From: Prevotella sp.
Lineage (GTDB): Bacteria; Bacteroidota; Bacteroidia; Bacteroidales; Dysgonomonadaceae
Direction of reading: 5' to 3'
NCBI GenBank assembly: GCA_031285625.1
Contig: JAITVV010000053.1
Coordinates: 1 to 64,000 of the forward strand
Length of the DNA stretch: 64,000 nt
Shown: piece after piece, positions 9,794-20,722 of the stretch
Layout: each line of letters starts with the position of its first letter
How positions within the stretch are numbered: position 1 is the first letter of the stretch
Notes under the pieces: model-generated
The model's input: the letters and a program-made list of their open reading frames with translations, nothing else
Database searches by the model: none
What the model was told of the DNA's origin: nothing
Position numbers and translations under genes: made by a program

Positions 9794-9865
9794 CAGTTTG
9801 GTATTTTATTGTTTCAATTGCTAAGATATAGTATATTTAATCGTTGAAAACTAAAAGGATAGCCT

Positions 9866-10159
9866 ATGCATAAGAAAATAATTTCCAGGTTGAAAATACT
9901 TGGTATACCAGAACTTGAAACTATTGAAAGCCTAAATGAACTGAATGGTGATTATATCAATCTTGAAAGTCTTTTGCCAAATGGGAGAATGGGTAAAATA
10001 TTAGATGATAATAAAAAATATTTAGCGACACAGATTGAGATTCCTAATAGTGATAAATGCTATGGCATTGCTGCTGATGAGGTGATGATTGCAGTTTTTC
10101 GTTATGGATGTGAAGGGAAGGATAGCGAACTTATAGCATGGGTAAGGTTAGATGGTTGA
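9866..10159 (+). CDS. small hypothetical protein (resembles the C-terminal region of DUF3795-associated proteins)
   Basis: Clean 97-aa ORF followed by a terminator. LNELNGDYINLE..LPNG..KILDD recalls that family; the family assignment is tentative. Confidence 0.6.
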   Translation: MHKKIISRLKILGIPELETIESLNELNGDYINLESLLPNGRMGKILDDNKKYLATQIEIPNSDKCYGIAADEVMIAVFRYGCEGKDSELIAWVRLDG

Positions 10160-10178
10160 TTTTACGATAGTAGAAATA

Positions 10179-10209
10179 AAAAAGATCCGGAGTATCTCCG
10201 GATCTTTTT
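10179..10209. terminator. bidirectional intrinsic terminator
   Basis: AAAAAGATCCGGAG-TAT-CTCCGGATCTTTTT between convergent genes. Confidence 0.85.
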
Positions 10210-10215
10210 ATAAAA

Positions 10216-10956
10216 TTATTTCAAATTCATCACGCTTCTTACTTCGGCAATTGATGATTTGCCCGGAGTTGATTTGCGCGTGCAATAGTTAAATTCTGCA
10301 GTTTTGTCTCCACTGAATGATTTCCATTTCAGTTTCAATTTGACTGTCTTACCTTGTGTATCCGGCAGGCTATTCAGATTGAAGGCAACTAAAGCATCTA
10401 CTTCTTTACCATATATATCACCATTAGCATTGTGTCTGAATTCTACTTCATAAGGATTAGCACTATCAGGACTGGCCAATAGATTTATATAATGAGTTTT
10501 GCTATTGTCTCCAAAAAGGGTTCTGAAACGAAGAGTTAGATAGCCGTCTTCTGCAATTGTTACCCAGTCGTTAATGATTTCTACAGGGTCTGTTCCGTAG
10601 ATCTTATCATTCTCAGCGCCTAAGTTAGGAGCTATCGGTTTGGTTAGAATACTATCTATCCAGTTGATAAAGATAGCCTTGTTATACCCCTCGCTGGGCT
10701 TGTCTACTTCACTGTAATTAACCAGAGCTCTTATTTCTTTGTTGCCAAAAGGAGAAGAAGTCATGTTTGTTGGCAATAGTGTTGTGCTGTCATCCAACTG
10801 TAAGAAAAATGAATTATCACTAACCGGCTTTACTGTTACCAGTGCATTTGGATAGTAGAGATCCCAATTATAGTCATCGTCGTCATCCAGACAAGATTGA
10901 AGAGTTATGGTTACACATATAATTCCTGCAATCAATAAAAATCTTAATGTTTTCAT
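10216..10956 (-). CDS. NigD-like lipoprotein
   Basis: LQSCLDDDD lipoprotein start; ALVTVK, YGTDPVEI, EDGYLTLRF and VEFRHNA motifs. Confidence 0.8.
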   Translation of the reverse strand: MKTLRFLLIAGIICVTITLQSCLDDDDDYNWDLYYPNALVTVKPVSDNSFFLQLDDSTTLLPTNMTSSPFGNKEIRALVNYSEVDKPSEGYNKAIFINWIDSILTKPIAPNLGAENDKIYGTDPVEIINDWVTIAEDGYLTLRFRTLFGDNSKTHYINLLASPDSANPYEVEFRHNANGDIYGKEVDALVAFNLNSLPDTQGKTVKLKLKWKSFSGDKTAEFNYCTRKSTPGKSSIAEVRSVMNLK

Positions 10957-11113
10957 AATTTTATGTCACTAATTGTTGTTCGTATATTATATATGATGAA
11001 CAAGCCTTCAAAAAAGCTGCTACAGGTTTTGGTAAAATATATTAATAAAATTAAAAGCAGGCTTTAATCAATGAAATAAATCATCGGTTTTAATACCTGT
11101 TTGAACAGAAAAA

Positions 11114-11143
11114 GCTGATAACAGACATTTGTCCATTATCAGC
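11114..11143 (-). terminator. hairpin, probable terminator of the nucleoside kinase gene
   Basis: GCTGATAA...TTATCAGC inverted repeat followed by a T-run on the minus strand. Confidence 0.55.
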
Positions 11144-11167
11144 CTATAATTCTTAGAATATGATTAT

Positions 11168-12835
11168 CTAATATTTGAAGCTGCTTCCGCCTAGGAACTC
11201 CCTTAGTAGAGATGTTGGAGGTAGCTCCCTGTCATTCAGATATGTAAAGTATTTCAAAAATTTCAGCAGGCGGTGGGCTTCTGCATATTCGGGTGCAGTA
11301 TTAGGCACCTGTGATAATATTGGTTCAGCATACCGGCGTAATGCCGCAAATTCATACATCATAGCAGAATTGAACATTACATCTGCATTCTCCTGATATG
11401 GAAAAATCCATTTATCTTCACCCTTTCGTACGCTTGGCCATCGTGAAATGGTATCTATGGCTGAGTAGTTACGATATCTATAATCACGAATCAGCCTTCT
11501 GAGCAAGCGGTTATCAGTTGTTGGTATCCAGTTGTGGTTATCCAGTGATATGGTGGTAAGGGCTGAAACATATACCTTATATTTTTGTTCGTCAGGTATA
11601 CTTCCGGTAAGATCCGGATTCAGTCCGTGTATTCCTTCTATAACCAGTATGGAGTTATCTTCAAGTTGTAATCTGTCGCCTTTATATTCACGCTGTCCTG
11701 TTGTAAAATTAAAAGTCGGTAGTTCTATTTCTTCACCTCTTAATAGCTTTTCCAGGTCCTGATTAAACTGAGGGATATCCAATGCATACAAAGATTCAAA
11801 ATCCAAATTACCATCTTCATCTGTAGGGGTTACATCCCTGTCCACAAAGTAATTATCCAGGGATAGCCCAACAGGCTTTATAAGGTTTACCATCAGTTGT
11901 ACTTCAAGTCGCATTCTGAAGGTAGTTTTCCCTGAGGAAGAAGGACCGGATATAAGAACAATTTTTACGCCATCTTCGGCACGTACAGCAATATCGGTTG
12001 CAATATTTGCTATCATTTTTTCCTGATAGGCTTCAGATACCTTTATAACTCCCGGCATCAACCCCTTTTTGTTAGCGAAGTTCATATCACCTACATTGTC
12101 AAGCCCGATAATATTCAGAAACTTCAGGTGTTCTTTATATACATTATACATTTTATCTTGTGGGATAACAGGTTCCAATTCAACTGGGTTACTGCGGTTA
12201 GGTATTTGTAATAATAATCCGTCATGATATAACTGAAGATCGAATAAATGGATGTATTTTGTAGTTGGTACAAGGCATCCGTAGAAATAATCTACTGAGC
12301 CATTCAGCTTATAATATTTAGAATAGAGTTCTCCATGAGTTTCCAACAGAAGTGCTTTATCCTCAAAGCCTCGGTTTCTGAACATGGTTACTACTTTTTC
12401 TGTCTCTTCTTCTACAGCTTCAAACTGCATGTCTGCATCTATATAAGCTTGCATTTTTGCTTTTATGGCATTTACTGCCCGTTCGTCAATGGTAGATCTA
12501 TCACTTATTTTGCAGAAATACCCTAACGATATGGGATGTTCAATGTATAACTGAGCTTCAGGAAATATTTCCGCTACTGCTTTAGCCAACAGGAAACATA
12601 ACGAACGTACATAAGTGCGCATACCCGACGGATCCGTCAAATCGACAAATGTCACAGTCTTGTTACTGTAAACCCTGTAGTTAAGAGGTTCGGTTTTATT
12701 GTTCACTTTGGCGTTAACGATTGTAGATGCAAGTTGTACTTTAAAGCCATCAAGGATTTCAATGAGACTGATCCCTGCGGGGAAATCCCGGTATGTATTT
12801 GTGTTTGTGCAATGGATAGTTACTTTATTCTCCAT
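11168..12835 (-). CDS. nucleoside (uridine) kinase with ThrRS-like N-terminal domain
   Basis: P-loop SGPSSSGKTT, SLDNYF, EGIHGLN, SLLREFLGGSSF. Start refined to MENKV at 12835. Confidence 0.88.
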   Translation of the reverse strand: MENKVTIHCTNTNTYRDFPAGISLIEILDGFKVQLASTIVNAKVNNKTEPLNYRVYSNKTVTFVDLTDPSGMRTYVRSLCFLLAKAVAEIFPEAQLYIEHPISLGYFCKISDRSTIDERAVNAIKAKMQAYIDADMQFEAVEEETEKVVTMFRNRGFEDKALLLETHGELYSKYYKLNGSVDYFYGCLVPTTKYIHLFDLQLYHDGLLLQIPNRSNPVELEPVIPQDKMYNVYKEHLKFLNIIGLDNVGDMNFANKKGLMPGVIKVSEAYQEKMIANIATDIAVRAEDGVKIVLISGPSSSGKTTFRMRLEVQLMVNLIKPVGLSLDNYFVDRDVTPTDEDGNLDFESLYALDIPQFNQDLEKLLRGEEIELPTFNFTTGQREYKGDRLQLEDNSILVIEGIHGLNPDLTGSIPDEQKYKVYVSALTTISLDNHNWIPTTDNRLLRRLIRDYRYRNYSAIDTISRWPSVRKGEDKWIFPYQENADVMFNSAMMYEFAALRRYAEPILSQVPNTAPEYAEAHRLLKFLKYFTYLNDRELPPTSLLREFLGGSSFKY

Positions 12836-12866
12836 AAGTCTAATGTAATTTATTGAAAAAATTAAA

Positions 12867-12891
12867 GGATGTTTTCTATTAAAAAACATCC
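12867..12891 (-). terminator. weak hairpin after the carbonic anhydrase gene
   Basis: GGATGTTTT...AAAACATCC with a T-rich tail on the minus strand. Confidence 0.45.
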
Positions 12892-12914
12892 CTGGACTAT
12901 AAAGTTAAGTAAAA

Positions 12915-13682
12915 TTATTCATTAAAAAAATTTACTTTGCCTGTTTTCATATCATATACTCCACCTATTATCTTTATTTCACCTTTGCTTTCCATTTCTT
13001 TCAATATGGGGCTTTTCGCTCTTATTTCGTCAATGGCCAGATGTACATTATGGTTACATACAGCTTCCACAAATTCCGGATTTTTAGACGATTTTTCTCC
13101 TTTAAAATCTGCTTTGGTTTTATCTACTGCGGGTTTTATTTTGCCTAATAGTGAGGTGATGTTTCCTAATTGTACATCGTCGATTGCAGATTTTATGGCT
13201 CCGCAATATTCGTGCCCCAGTACAACTACCAGTTTTGACCCGGATACTTTGCATGCGTATTCCAGACTGGCAAGAATATCATTATTAACAACATTTCCGG
13301 CCACCCGGGCTACGAAAATATCTCCGATGCCACGATGAAATACGTCTTCGACAGGAACCCGTGAGTCAAGACATGATAATACAACAGCTTTAGGATATTG
13401 CCCTAAGGCTGCATCCCGTACACGTTCCGTGTTATTACGTACTGTGAGATTGTCATTCACAAACTCTTCATTGCCTTGTTTGAGTATAGTTAAAACCTGA
13501 TCGGGTGTTAGCTTGTCTTGTTCGGCTTTAGTCAAAACAGAATTGTTCAAGATATGATCTGTCTGAACTTCTGTAAAGTTTGCCTCGGCAGTTTTTGTGT
13601 TTGCTTTTTCATTACATGAAGTGAGAAGCATTAGCGAAAACACACCAATGGCTCCTGCGAAATAAGAAATTTTTGTTTTCAT
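12915..13682 (-). CDS. beta-class carbonic anhydrase with lipoprotein signal
   Basis: Zn ligands CLDSR and HEYCG; RVAGN motif; lipobox LLTSC. Confidence 0.9.
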   Translation of the reverse strand: MKTKISYFAGAIGVFSLMLLTSCNEKANTKTAEANFTEVQTDHILNNSVLTKAEQDKLTPDQVLTILKQGNEEFVNDNLTVRNNTERVRDAALGQYPKAVVLSCLDSRVPVEDVFHRGIGDIFVARVAGNVVNNDILASLEYACKVSGSKLVVVLGHEYCGAIKSAIDDVQLGNITSLLGKIKPAVDKTKADFKGEKSSKNPEFVEAVCNHNVHLAIDEIRAKSPILKEMESKGEIKIIGGVYDMKTGKVNFFNE

Positions 13683-13709
13683 AAAAAAATGTGATTACTA
13701 ATAAACTAA

Positions 13710-13754
13710 CAATTCGCAAATGTAGACGTTATATCGCGCTACATTTGCGAATTG
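13710..13754. repeat. 16-bp inverted repeat between asnA and the carbonic anhydrase gene
   Basis: CAATTCGCAAATGTAG...CTACATTTGCGAATTG; each arm carries TACATTTG. Confidence 0.7.
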
Positions 13755-13826
13755 GTTCATTTATAATATTTTTTTATGAAAAGTATATCTATATTTAATC
13801 TTTTTGCTTCTCTTTCTGAAAAAACA

Positions 13827-14864
13827 TTAAATCAATGGCATTCCTAATTTTTCAGCTTCTATGCGCATTTTATCAGGCCATATGCCAGCCTGTATTTCGC
13901 CTATATGCCCTTTGCGGAGATAGAACATACAAAGACGAGATTGCCCTATTCCACCACCGATAGATTGAGGTAATTCTCCATTGAGCAAACGTTTGTGAAA
14001 GTATAATTCTTTACGGTTTTCCTGCCCCGATTGTTTTAACTGCTCCATTAATACTTCTTTATTGACCCGTATGCCCATTGAAGATAATTCCATCCCCTGG
14101 CCTAATACAGGATTCCATACGATGAGATCCCCGTTTAAACCTTTATATCCGTTCTCAGACTTAGTTGTCCAGTCATCATAGTCAGGAGCCCTTCCGTCGT
14201 GCGGTTTACCGTCACTTAATATGCCGCCTATACCTATAATGAATACAGCTCCGTATTTTTCAGCAATTTTATTTTCTCTTTCTTTTGAGGATAGATTCGG
14301 ATATTTCAATAATAACTCTTCAGCATGGATAAATTTAATCTCAGATGGTAAGATCGGCGTTATCGCAGGAAATATTTCGTATACTAGGTATTCGGTGCGT
14401 ACCAGTGCTGCATATATTCTCCGTACAACCTCTTTCAGAAAGTCGAGGTTACGGTTTGCAGAGGACATAACCATCTCCCAATCCCATTGGTCTACATACA
14501 GTGAGTGTAGGTTACCCAGTTCTTCGTCAGCTCTGATAGCATTCATATCGGTATATATGCCAAATCCTTCATTGATATTATAGTCTGCCAGAGTCAGGCG
14601 TTTCCATTTTGCTAATGAGTGTACGATTTCCGCACGTTCATCTCCCATGTCCTTAATGGGGAAATTCACGGCGCGCTCTACTCCGTTCAGGTCGTCGTTG
14701 ATACCCATTCCTTTTAATACAAATAAAGGAGCTGTAACTCGTCTCAGGCGAAGTTCGGATGATAAGTTCTGTTGGAAGAAATCTTTTATCTGCTTAATCC
14801 CCATTTCCGTTTGTTGCAGGTCAAGTAAGGCGTGGTATTGATTTGGTTCTATTAAATAGCTCAT
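13827..14864 (-). CDS. asnA: aspartate--ammonia ligase
   Basis: Motifs EIVHSLAKWKR, HSLYVDQWDWE, HDGRAPDYDDW and IGGGIGQSR. Confidence 0.97.
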   Translation of the reverse strand: MSYLIEPNQYHALLDLQQTEMGIKQIKDFFQQNLSSELRLRRVTAPLFVLKGMGINDDLNGVERAVNFPIKDMGDERAEIVHSLAKWKRLTLADYNINEGFGIYTDMNAIRADEELGNLHSLYVDQWDWEMVMSSANRNLDFLKEVVRRIYAALVRTEYLVYEIFPAITPILPSEIKFIHAEELLLKYPNLSSKERENKIAEKYGAVFIIGIGGILSDGKPHDGRAPDYDDWTTKSENGYKGLNGDLIVWNPVLGQGMELSSMGIRVNKEVLMEQLKQSGQENRKELYFHKRLLNGELPQSIGGGIGQSRLCMFYLRKGHIGEIQAGIWPDKMRIEAEKLGMPLI

Positions 14865-15202
14865 TATTATATATTATGTTGTTTTTCTATCAAAAATCAA
14901 ACAAAGTTAGATTTTAAATGCAAATGTTGAAATATTTTAAGCGTTATTTTATTCATTTTGATTTTTTATTCATTATTTTGTTTATGCAAATATAGAAAAT
15001 CAAAAAGGAAGAATATTTATTTACTGATAATCTTTTAAACATTTTATGACTCCATTTGTTATAATATTTAAAAACTAATGCATTTATTAACTTTTTTTTG
15101 ATAAATATAATCTTACAACAAGGCCTATCTATTTGTAAAGGTTAAATCTTATTGTGTCATTATTTTCTTTTGAAAAAGTTACATTTTAATTAAAATTAAT
15201 TA

Positions 15203-15210
15203 TATATTTG
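15203..15210 (+). promoter_or_regulatory. candidate -7 promoter element for the susC/susD leader
   Basis: TATATTTG matches TAnnTTTG. No well-spaced -33 TTTG was seen. Confidence 0.45.
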
Positions 15211-15362
15211 CAAAATTAAGATTTGATCTTAATAAGTAAACACAATTAAAATCACAATTTCTCTACTAACTGAATAGTAAATGACAGTACTATTTTTACA
15301 TTATTTTAGCAATAAATGTTTAGAATTTAACCTTTTAGGTTTGCTTCTTCGTACAAATAATT

Positions 15363-15409
<47 letters not shown>

Positions 15410-15435
15410 AACATAACCTTTTTATCTCAAAGATT

Positions 15436-15470
15436 AAAAAATATCCCGAATCTCTCGTTCGGGCTTTTTT
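15436..15470 (+). terminator. intrinsic terminator/attenuator in the susC leader
   Basis: CCCGAA-TCTCTCG-TTCGGG followed by CTTTTTT. Confidence 0.65.
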
Positions 15471-15612
15471 GCATGCACATTTATCAGCCAATACTACTTC
15501 CTGAGTAATCTTGGGAGGCTGTACTGTGTCCTACAAAATAGTATTTATAGCGGTTTCTAGTTTTTTATTTATTAGTTATTCGAGACAAATAACCTTAAAA
15601 TTTTTATTTATT

Positions 15613-18600
15613 ATGAATGTCTACCTAAAAGAAAGAAAAATTGGGAAGAGTGTATTTAAGGTGCTGCTTTTATGTGGTATCTTATTATGCTCTCATGTTT
15701 TTGCGCAGGCTTAGACAGTAACAGGTATCGTTAAAGACAGATATGACGAACCTATTATTGGAGCGAGTGTAGCAGTGAAGGGAACTACCAATGGTACCCT
15801 GACTGATACAGACGGGAAGTATAGTATATCATCAACAGGGGCAAACTCTGTGTTGGTTTTTTCCTTTGTGGGTTACAAATCTCAGGAAGTTCCTGTAGCT
15901 TCTCGGTCAGTGATTAATGTGACTCTTCAAGACAGTGATCAGCAATTGGATGAAGTTGTTGTGACTGCTCTCGGTATTAGGAAAGAATCTAAGAAACTAG
16001 GGTACGCAATTAGTACTATTAGTGCTAATGAGTTGACAAAAGCGGCAGCCCCTAATCTAGGGTCGGCTCTTTATGGTAAAGCATCTGGTGTGCGTATTCA
16101 GACAGCCCCCGGAGGTATTGCAGGAGCTATTACTATCAATGTCCGTGGTTTGAATTCTATTACAGGAACCAATCAACCATTGATCGTGATGGATGGAGTG
16201 CCTATTCACAATGGCGATGCCAATCTGGATGGTTATTGGACTAACCAACGTATACAATCTAACGGATTAGCAGATATCAATCCTGAAGATATTGAATCTA
16301 TATCTGTTCTGAAGGGTGCTTCAGCCTCAGCGCTATATGGTTCGGAAGCGGCTAATGGTGTTGTTATTATTACCACCAAATCAGGTAAAGGCTCCACGGG
16401 TGTTGGTGTAGACTTTAGTGCAAGTTTGACATTCGATCCAATATCTTATATGCCTAAATATCAAACGAAGTATGGTCCAGGAGTTCAGGTCTCAGCTCGT
16501 ACTGATGCTAATGGATTAAATGCAGAAGGATGGAGAACTAACGGATGGGATGATAGAAATGGTGTGAATCATAGAAGAGGTAGTTCAACAACAAGATATT
16601 GGGGACCAAAGTATGATGGTCAGGATGTGCTTTACTACGACGGAACAGTGCGTAAGTATTCTCCGATTAATGATAATCCTTGGTCGGAAATATTCCGTAC
16701 AGGTATCACACAGCAGTATAATCTGGCTGTTACAAATGCTACCGAAAAAAGTAATTTCCGTTTTTCATACACTTATGTAGATAATAAACCTACACAGTAT
16801 AACTCTACATACCAAAAGCATAATTTTAACTTGACAGGTAATTATAATATAACTAAAAATATAAAACTTGGTTATGGTGTAAATTATATGTTACAGGATC
16901 AGAAAAACCCTCCTTACCGTATCAGTCGTATAACAAATAACTTTACAGGTATGGCAGGACCTTTTGATGATGTAAAATATTTGCGTGAACATACCAAAAC
17001 AAGTATGGGGTACCTGAATCAGGTATATACTGAAACAAACCATCTTACACCTGATGAAGGTTTTGAATGGAAGCCAGCTCCATATGATATGGTATCAGAG
17101 TATTTCTGGAATGTTCTTGGTAAAGAATACCTGACAAATAATAACCGTCTGATTGCAAACGTTGCCCCAAGCTGGGAAATTATAAAAGGTCTTACCCTTA
17201 GTGGACGTTTAGCTACTGATTATACTACCGAAAAGATTGAGAAAAAGGAACAAGTACAGCAGTCTATCGTTTTTGATCCAAACAGGGGATACTATGGATT
17301 GGAGAATAAACGTTACGAAATATTCTATGGCGATGTAATGTTAACTTATGATACTAATTTAACGGATAAGTTAGGTTTAGGTGCTACAGTTGGCTGGCAA
17401 GGACGTACAGAAAGAGAATTTAATTCTTCGGTGGGTACAACCGGAGGTCTTTCTGTAGAAAACTGGTTCCACCTTAATGCTAGTAATGGGGTTAAGAGCG
17501 CCGAAATGACTAAAAGGGAATTCCTAAAAACAGCTTTCTTAGGATCTTTAAGTCTCTCTTATGACAGTTGGGCATATCTGGAAGGAACTGCTCGTCAGGA
17601 AAAAATTTCTACATTGGCACCAGGAAATAACTCTTTCTTTTATCCATCTGTAAATGGAAGTATTATTTATACGGAATTATTCAGAGATAAAATGCCTTCA
17701 TGGTATGATTATGGTAAAATCCGTGCATCATATGGTATTGTAGGTAATGCGCCTCCAATCTACAAAGGAACACAAGGTTATGTGCAGAATACAGCTGGTG
17801 GGGAATGGATATATAATACTGTTGATAAAGAAGTAGGTAACGTTGATCTCCGCCCTGAGAAGAAATTTGAATGGGAATTCGGTTTAGAGAGCAAATTTCT
17901 TAATAATCGTCTAGGTTTTGAGATATCATATTATACCAATAGAATAGAGGATCAGATTCTTAACACTACTATGCCGACTTCTTCTGGAGCGAAAAGTATC
18001 TGGTTGAACGTTGGGGAGCTGAAAAATCAAGGTCTTGAACTTTCTTTATATGGTACGCCTGTTCAGACTCGTGATTTTACATGGGAATTACGCGGTAACC
18101 TTGCTTGGAATAAAAATAAAGTAACAAAACTGGCTGATGGTATTGACCAACTAGAGCATAAAAACTGGGATAATGGTTCTGCATATCTTTATTCAAAAGT
18201 AGGTAGACCAATGGGAGAAATTTATGCATTGACTCCTAAGCAAGATGAAAATGGTAACTATATAATCAGAGATGATGGTTTTTACCAATTAACAGATGAA
18301 CCTGTAAAGGTGGGAAATGCTATGCCAAAGGTAATTGGAGGTTTTGCTACTACCTTTAACTATAAGAATTTTGCTTTAGATATGTCATTTGATTTCCGTA
18401 TAGGTGGTGCAGTAATGAACGTGCCTTACCAATATATGATGGGACAAGGTGCTATTGAAGAAAGCTTAAAATATCATGATGGAGAAGGTTGGGGAAAAAC
18501 TTTCTACTTCGATGCTAACCGTAAGGTGGTTCCTTTCACCGGAAGCGTAGGACCTAATGGAGAACGGATTTATGATAATGGGGTAGTGCTGAAAGGGGTT

Positions 18601-18966
18601 AAGGCTGATGGAAGCGAAAATACCACAATGATTCCAGGTGACTTACTGGCGTATTATACTTACAATTGGGGAGGTTATGATCCGACTGATGTAACTTATT
18701 ATTCTCATAGTATATTTGATAATACTTACGTTAAATGCCGTGAGTTATCTTTAAGTTATAATCTGCCTCAGTCAGTACTTTCTAAAATAAAATGTAAAAG
18801 CTTACAATTATCAGTGTTTGGACGTAATTTGTTCTATTTATACAAAAATCTTCCAATGCTTGATGCTGAAGCTGCAGATGGAACAACATGGATAACCCAG
18901 ACAGATATTGGTGGTTCTACTGCTACTACCCGATCTATTGGGGTTGCATTACGTGCCAGCTTCTAA
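15613..18966 (+). pseudogene. susC: SusC/RagA TonB-dependent transporter interrupted by an in-frame TAG at 15712-15714
   Basis: The frame reads MNVYLK...HVFAQA*TVTGIVKDRYDEPIIGASVAVKGTTNGT. SusC motifs LDEVVVTALG and INPEDIESISVLKGASASALYGSEAANGVVIITTK are present. The rest of the ORF is intact. Confidence 0.8.
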
Positions 18967-18994
18967 TTATTAACCAATAAAAAAAAGAATAAGC

Positions 18995-20593
18995 ATGAAA
19001 ACAATATATTCATATCTCATTGTATTGGCAGTAGTACTCTCTTTCGGGGCTTGTGCTGATAGTGAGTATTCGGAAAAATATGATGATCCGTCTGAAACGA
19101 CCAAGGCATCTTGCGATAAATTGATGACTGGAGTATTCTATACTGGGCGTACATATACATTCAACTCCTATTGGCGCATGTATACCTGGGACAATGTTAT
19201 TACAGGGAAATATGCTCAAACTCTAGGATTTACGAATTCGGAAGGCTCTCTTTATTCTGCAAATGATAGTTATGCCAATGACCGTTGGGAACATTTTTAT
19301 AATACTCTTACTCAATTTCGGGTACTTCAGAATGTTTATGGCAACTTGACAGAAAGTGAAAAGGAAACATTTAAAATATTTAAGGATTTGTCCGAAGTAT
19401 TTATTTATGATCATCTATCACAAATATTAGATACTTTTGGTGACGCTCCGTTCGAGAAAGCTGGTTACCTTTCAATTACAGGCAATGTTGTAGATAGTTA
19501 TCCTTCTTACGACAAGGCAATAGATTTATATAGTATGATGCTGGACCGGCTGGGTGAATTATATACAGATATTCATAAATTAAATGGAAATCTGGATAAA
19601 CAAGCAGCTAGAGCTTTACCTTTACAGGATTTTATTAATTATGGCGATTTAGATCTATGGGAGAAGTATTGTAATTCTCTTCGTTTGCGTCTTGCCGTTC
19701 GGGTGGCTTCTCAAGGTGAATTATCAACTAAGGGTAAACAGGTGATAGCTGAAATCTTGAATAATAACTATCCGCTTGTATCCAGTTTGGATGAAACAAT
19801 TAAGTTAGACTCCAATGATAAAGATACCGAGAAATTCTTTAATCCTGACGACCTCCGTACTGGTTATATTAGTCAAAGCCGTGCTTCGCAGGCTATGCTA
19901 GATGTATTGACCAAAGCTGTATCAGGTGAAAATGATCCACGTTTGCCTATCATGTATTCTAAAAATGCAGCAGGTGAATACAAAGGTTTATCTACTCGCG
20001 AAACATATGCTGAACAAGAAGAAAATATTGCTAAACCAGAATCACAACGTGTGTATTCACGTATCGATTCTACTACGGTAATGTATAACAGAAACTTTGT
20101 AAGTCCGATTATTACCGCTTCAGAAGTAGATTTTCTTAAAGCAGAAGCTTTTCAGAAAGGATGGGCAAGTGGTAATGCAAAGGCAGCTTTCATTAATGGT
20201 ATCTTACATTCTGCAGAATTTTACTTTATGGAAAATAAGATTAGTGCAAGTAATGATGGTACAAAGATGGATATGCCAGCTGAATCAGTTATTACTGCCT
20301 ATGCAGAAAAAGCATGGAATGCTGCAACTAACAAAGAAGAAGTGATTGCTGTTCAGAAATGGCTAAACTTTGGTTACATGCAACCATTCCAGGCTTGGGG
20401 AGAGGTGCGTCGTACAGGATATCCTCAATTACATTATCCTGAAGATCCACAGGCACAAGTGCTGAAAACAATACCGAATCGAGTTCGTTACCCATCTTCG
20501 GAACGTAGCTACAATACTGCGAATTACAATGCGCAGATACAGGCTATGGGTGGAACCGATGATGCTTATATCAAAATTTTCTGGGCACGATAA
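18995..20593 (+). CDS. susD: SusD/RagB family nutrient-binding lipoprotein (SusD-like_2)
   Basis: Lipobox GAC; DTFGDAPF, WEKYCNSLRLRLAVR, QKWL..WGEVRRTGYP; follows susC. Confidence 0.92.
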   Translation: MKTIYSYLIVLAVVLSFGACADSEYSEKYDDPSETTKASCDKLMTGVFYTGRTYTFNSYWRMYTWDNVITGKYAQTLGFTNSEGSLYSANDSYANDRWEHFYNTLTQFRVLQNVYGNLTESEKETFKIFKDLSEVFIYDHLSQILDTFGDAPFEKAGYLSITGNVVDSYPSYDKAIDLYSMMLDRLGELYTDIHKLNGNLDKQAARALPLQDFINYGDLDLWEKYCNSLRLRLAVRVASQGELSTKGKQVIAEILNNNYPLVSSLDETIKLDSNDKDTEKFFNPDDLRTGYISQSRASQAMLDVLTKAVSGENDPRLPIMYSKNAAGEYKGLSTRETYAEQEENIAKPESQRVYSRIDSTTVMYNRNFVSPIITASEVDFLKAEAFQKGWASGNAKAAFINGILHSAEFYFMENKISASNDGTKMDMPAESVITAYAEKAWNAATNKEEVIAVQKWLNFGYMQPFQAWGEVRRTGYPQLHYPEDPQAQVLKTIPNRVRYPSSERSYNTANYNAQIQAMGGTDDAYIKIFWAR

Positions 20594-20612
20594 AAGTCCT
20601 ATATTTAATCTC

Positions 20613-20705
20613 AGAAACCCTTGGATCTAATGGTTCAAGGGTTTCTTAATTATACAGATAACAATTGCAAACAAAAAAGCCCCTTGTCGAACAAGGGGCT
20701 TTTTT
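20613..20705. terminator. two tandem hairpins terminating susD and the convergent nlpE-like gene
   Basis: AGAAACCCTTG..CAAGGGTTTCT (20613-20646) and AAAAAAGCCCCTTGT-CGA-ACAAGGGGCTTTTTT (20673-20705). Confidence 0.85.
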
Positions 20706-20722
20706 ATCAGGGACTTATAATA

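Noticed and set aside
10990-11030. ECF-sigma-like promoter upstream of the nigD-like gene
   Set aside because: Only a loose resemblance (GCAGC...TTCATC) in a single instance; not enough support to call.
15511-15714. 67-aa ORF as an independent gene
   Set aside because: Its second half is the SusC signal peptide, in frame with the rest of susC across one TAG.
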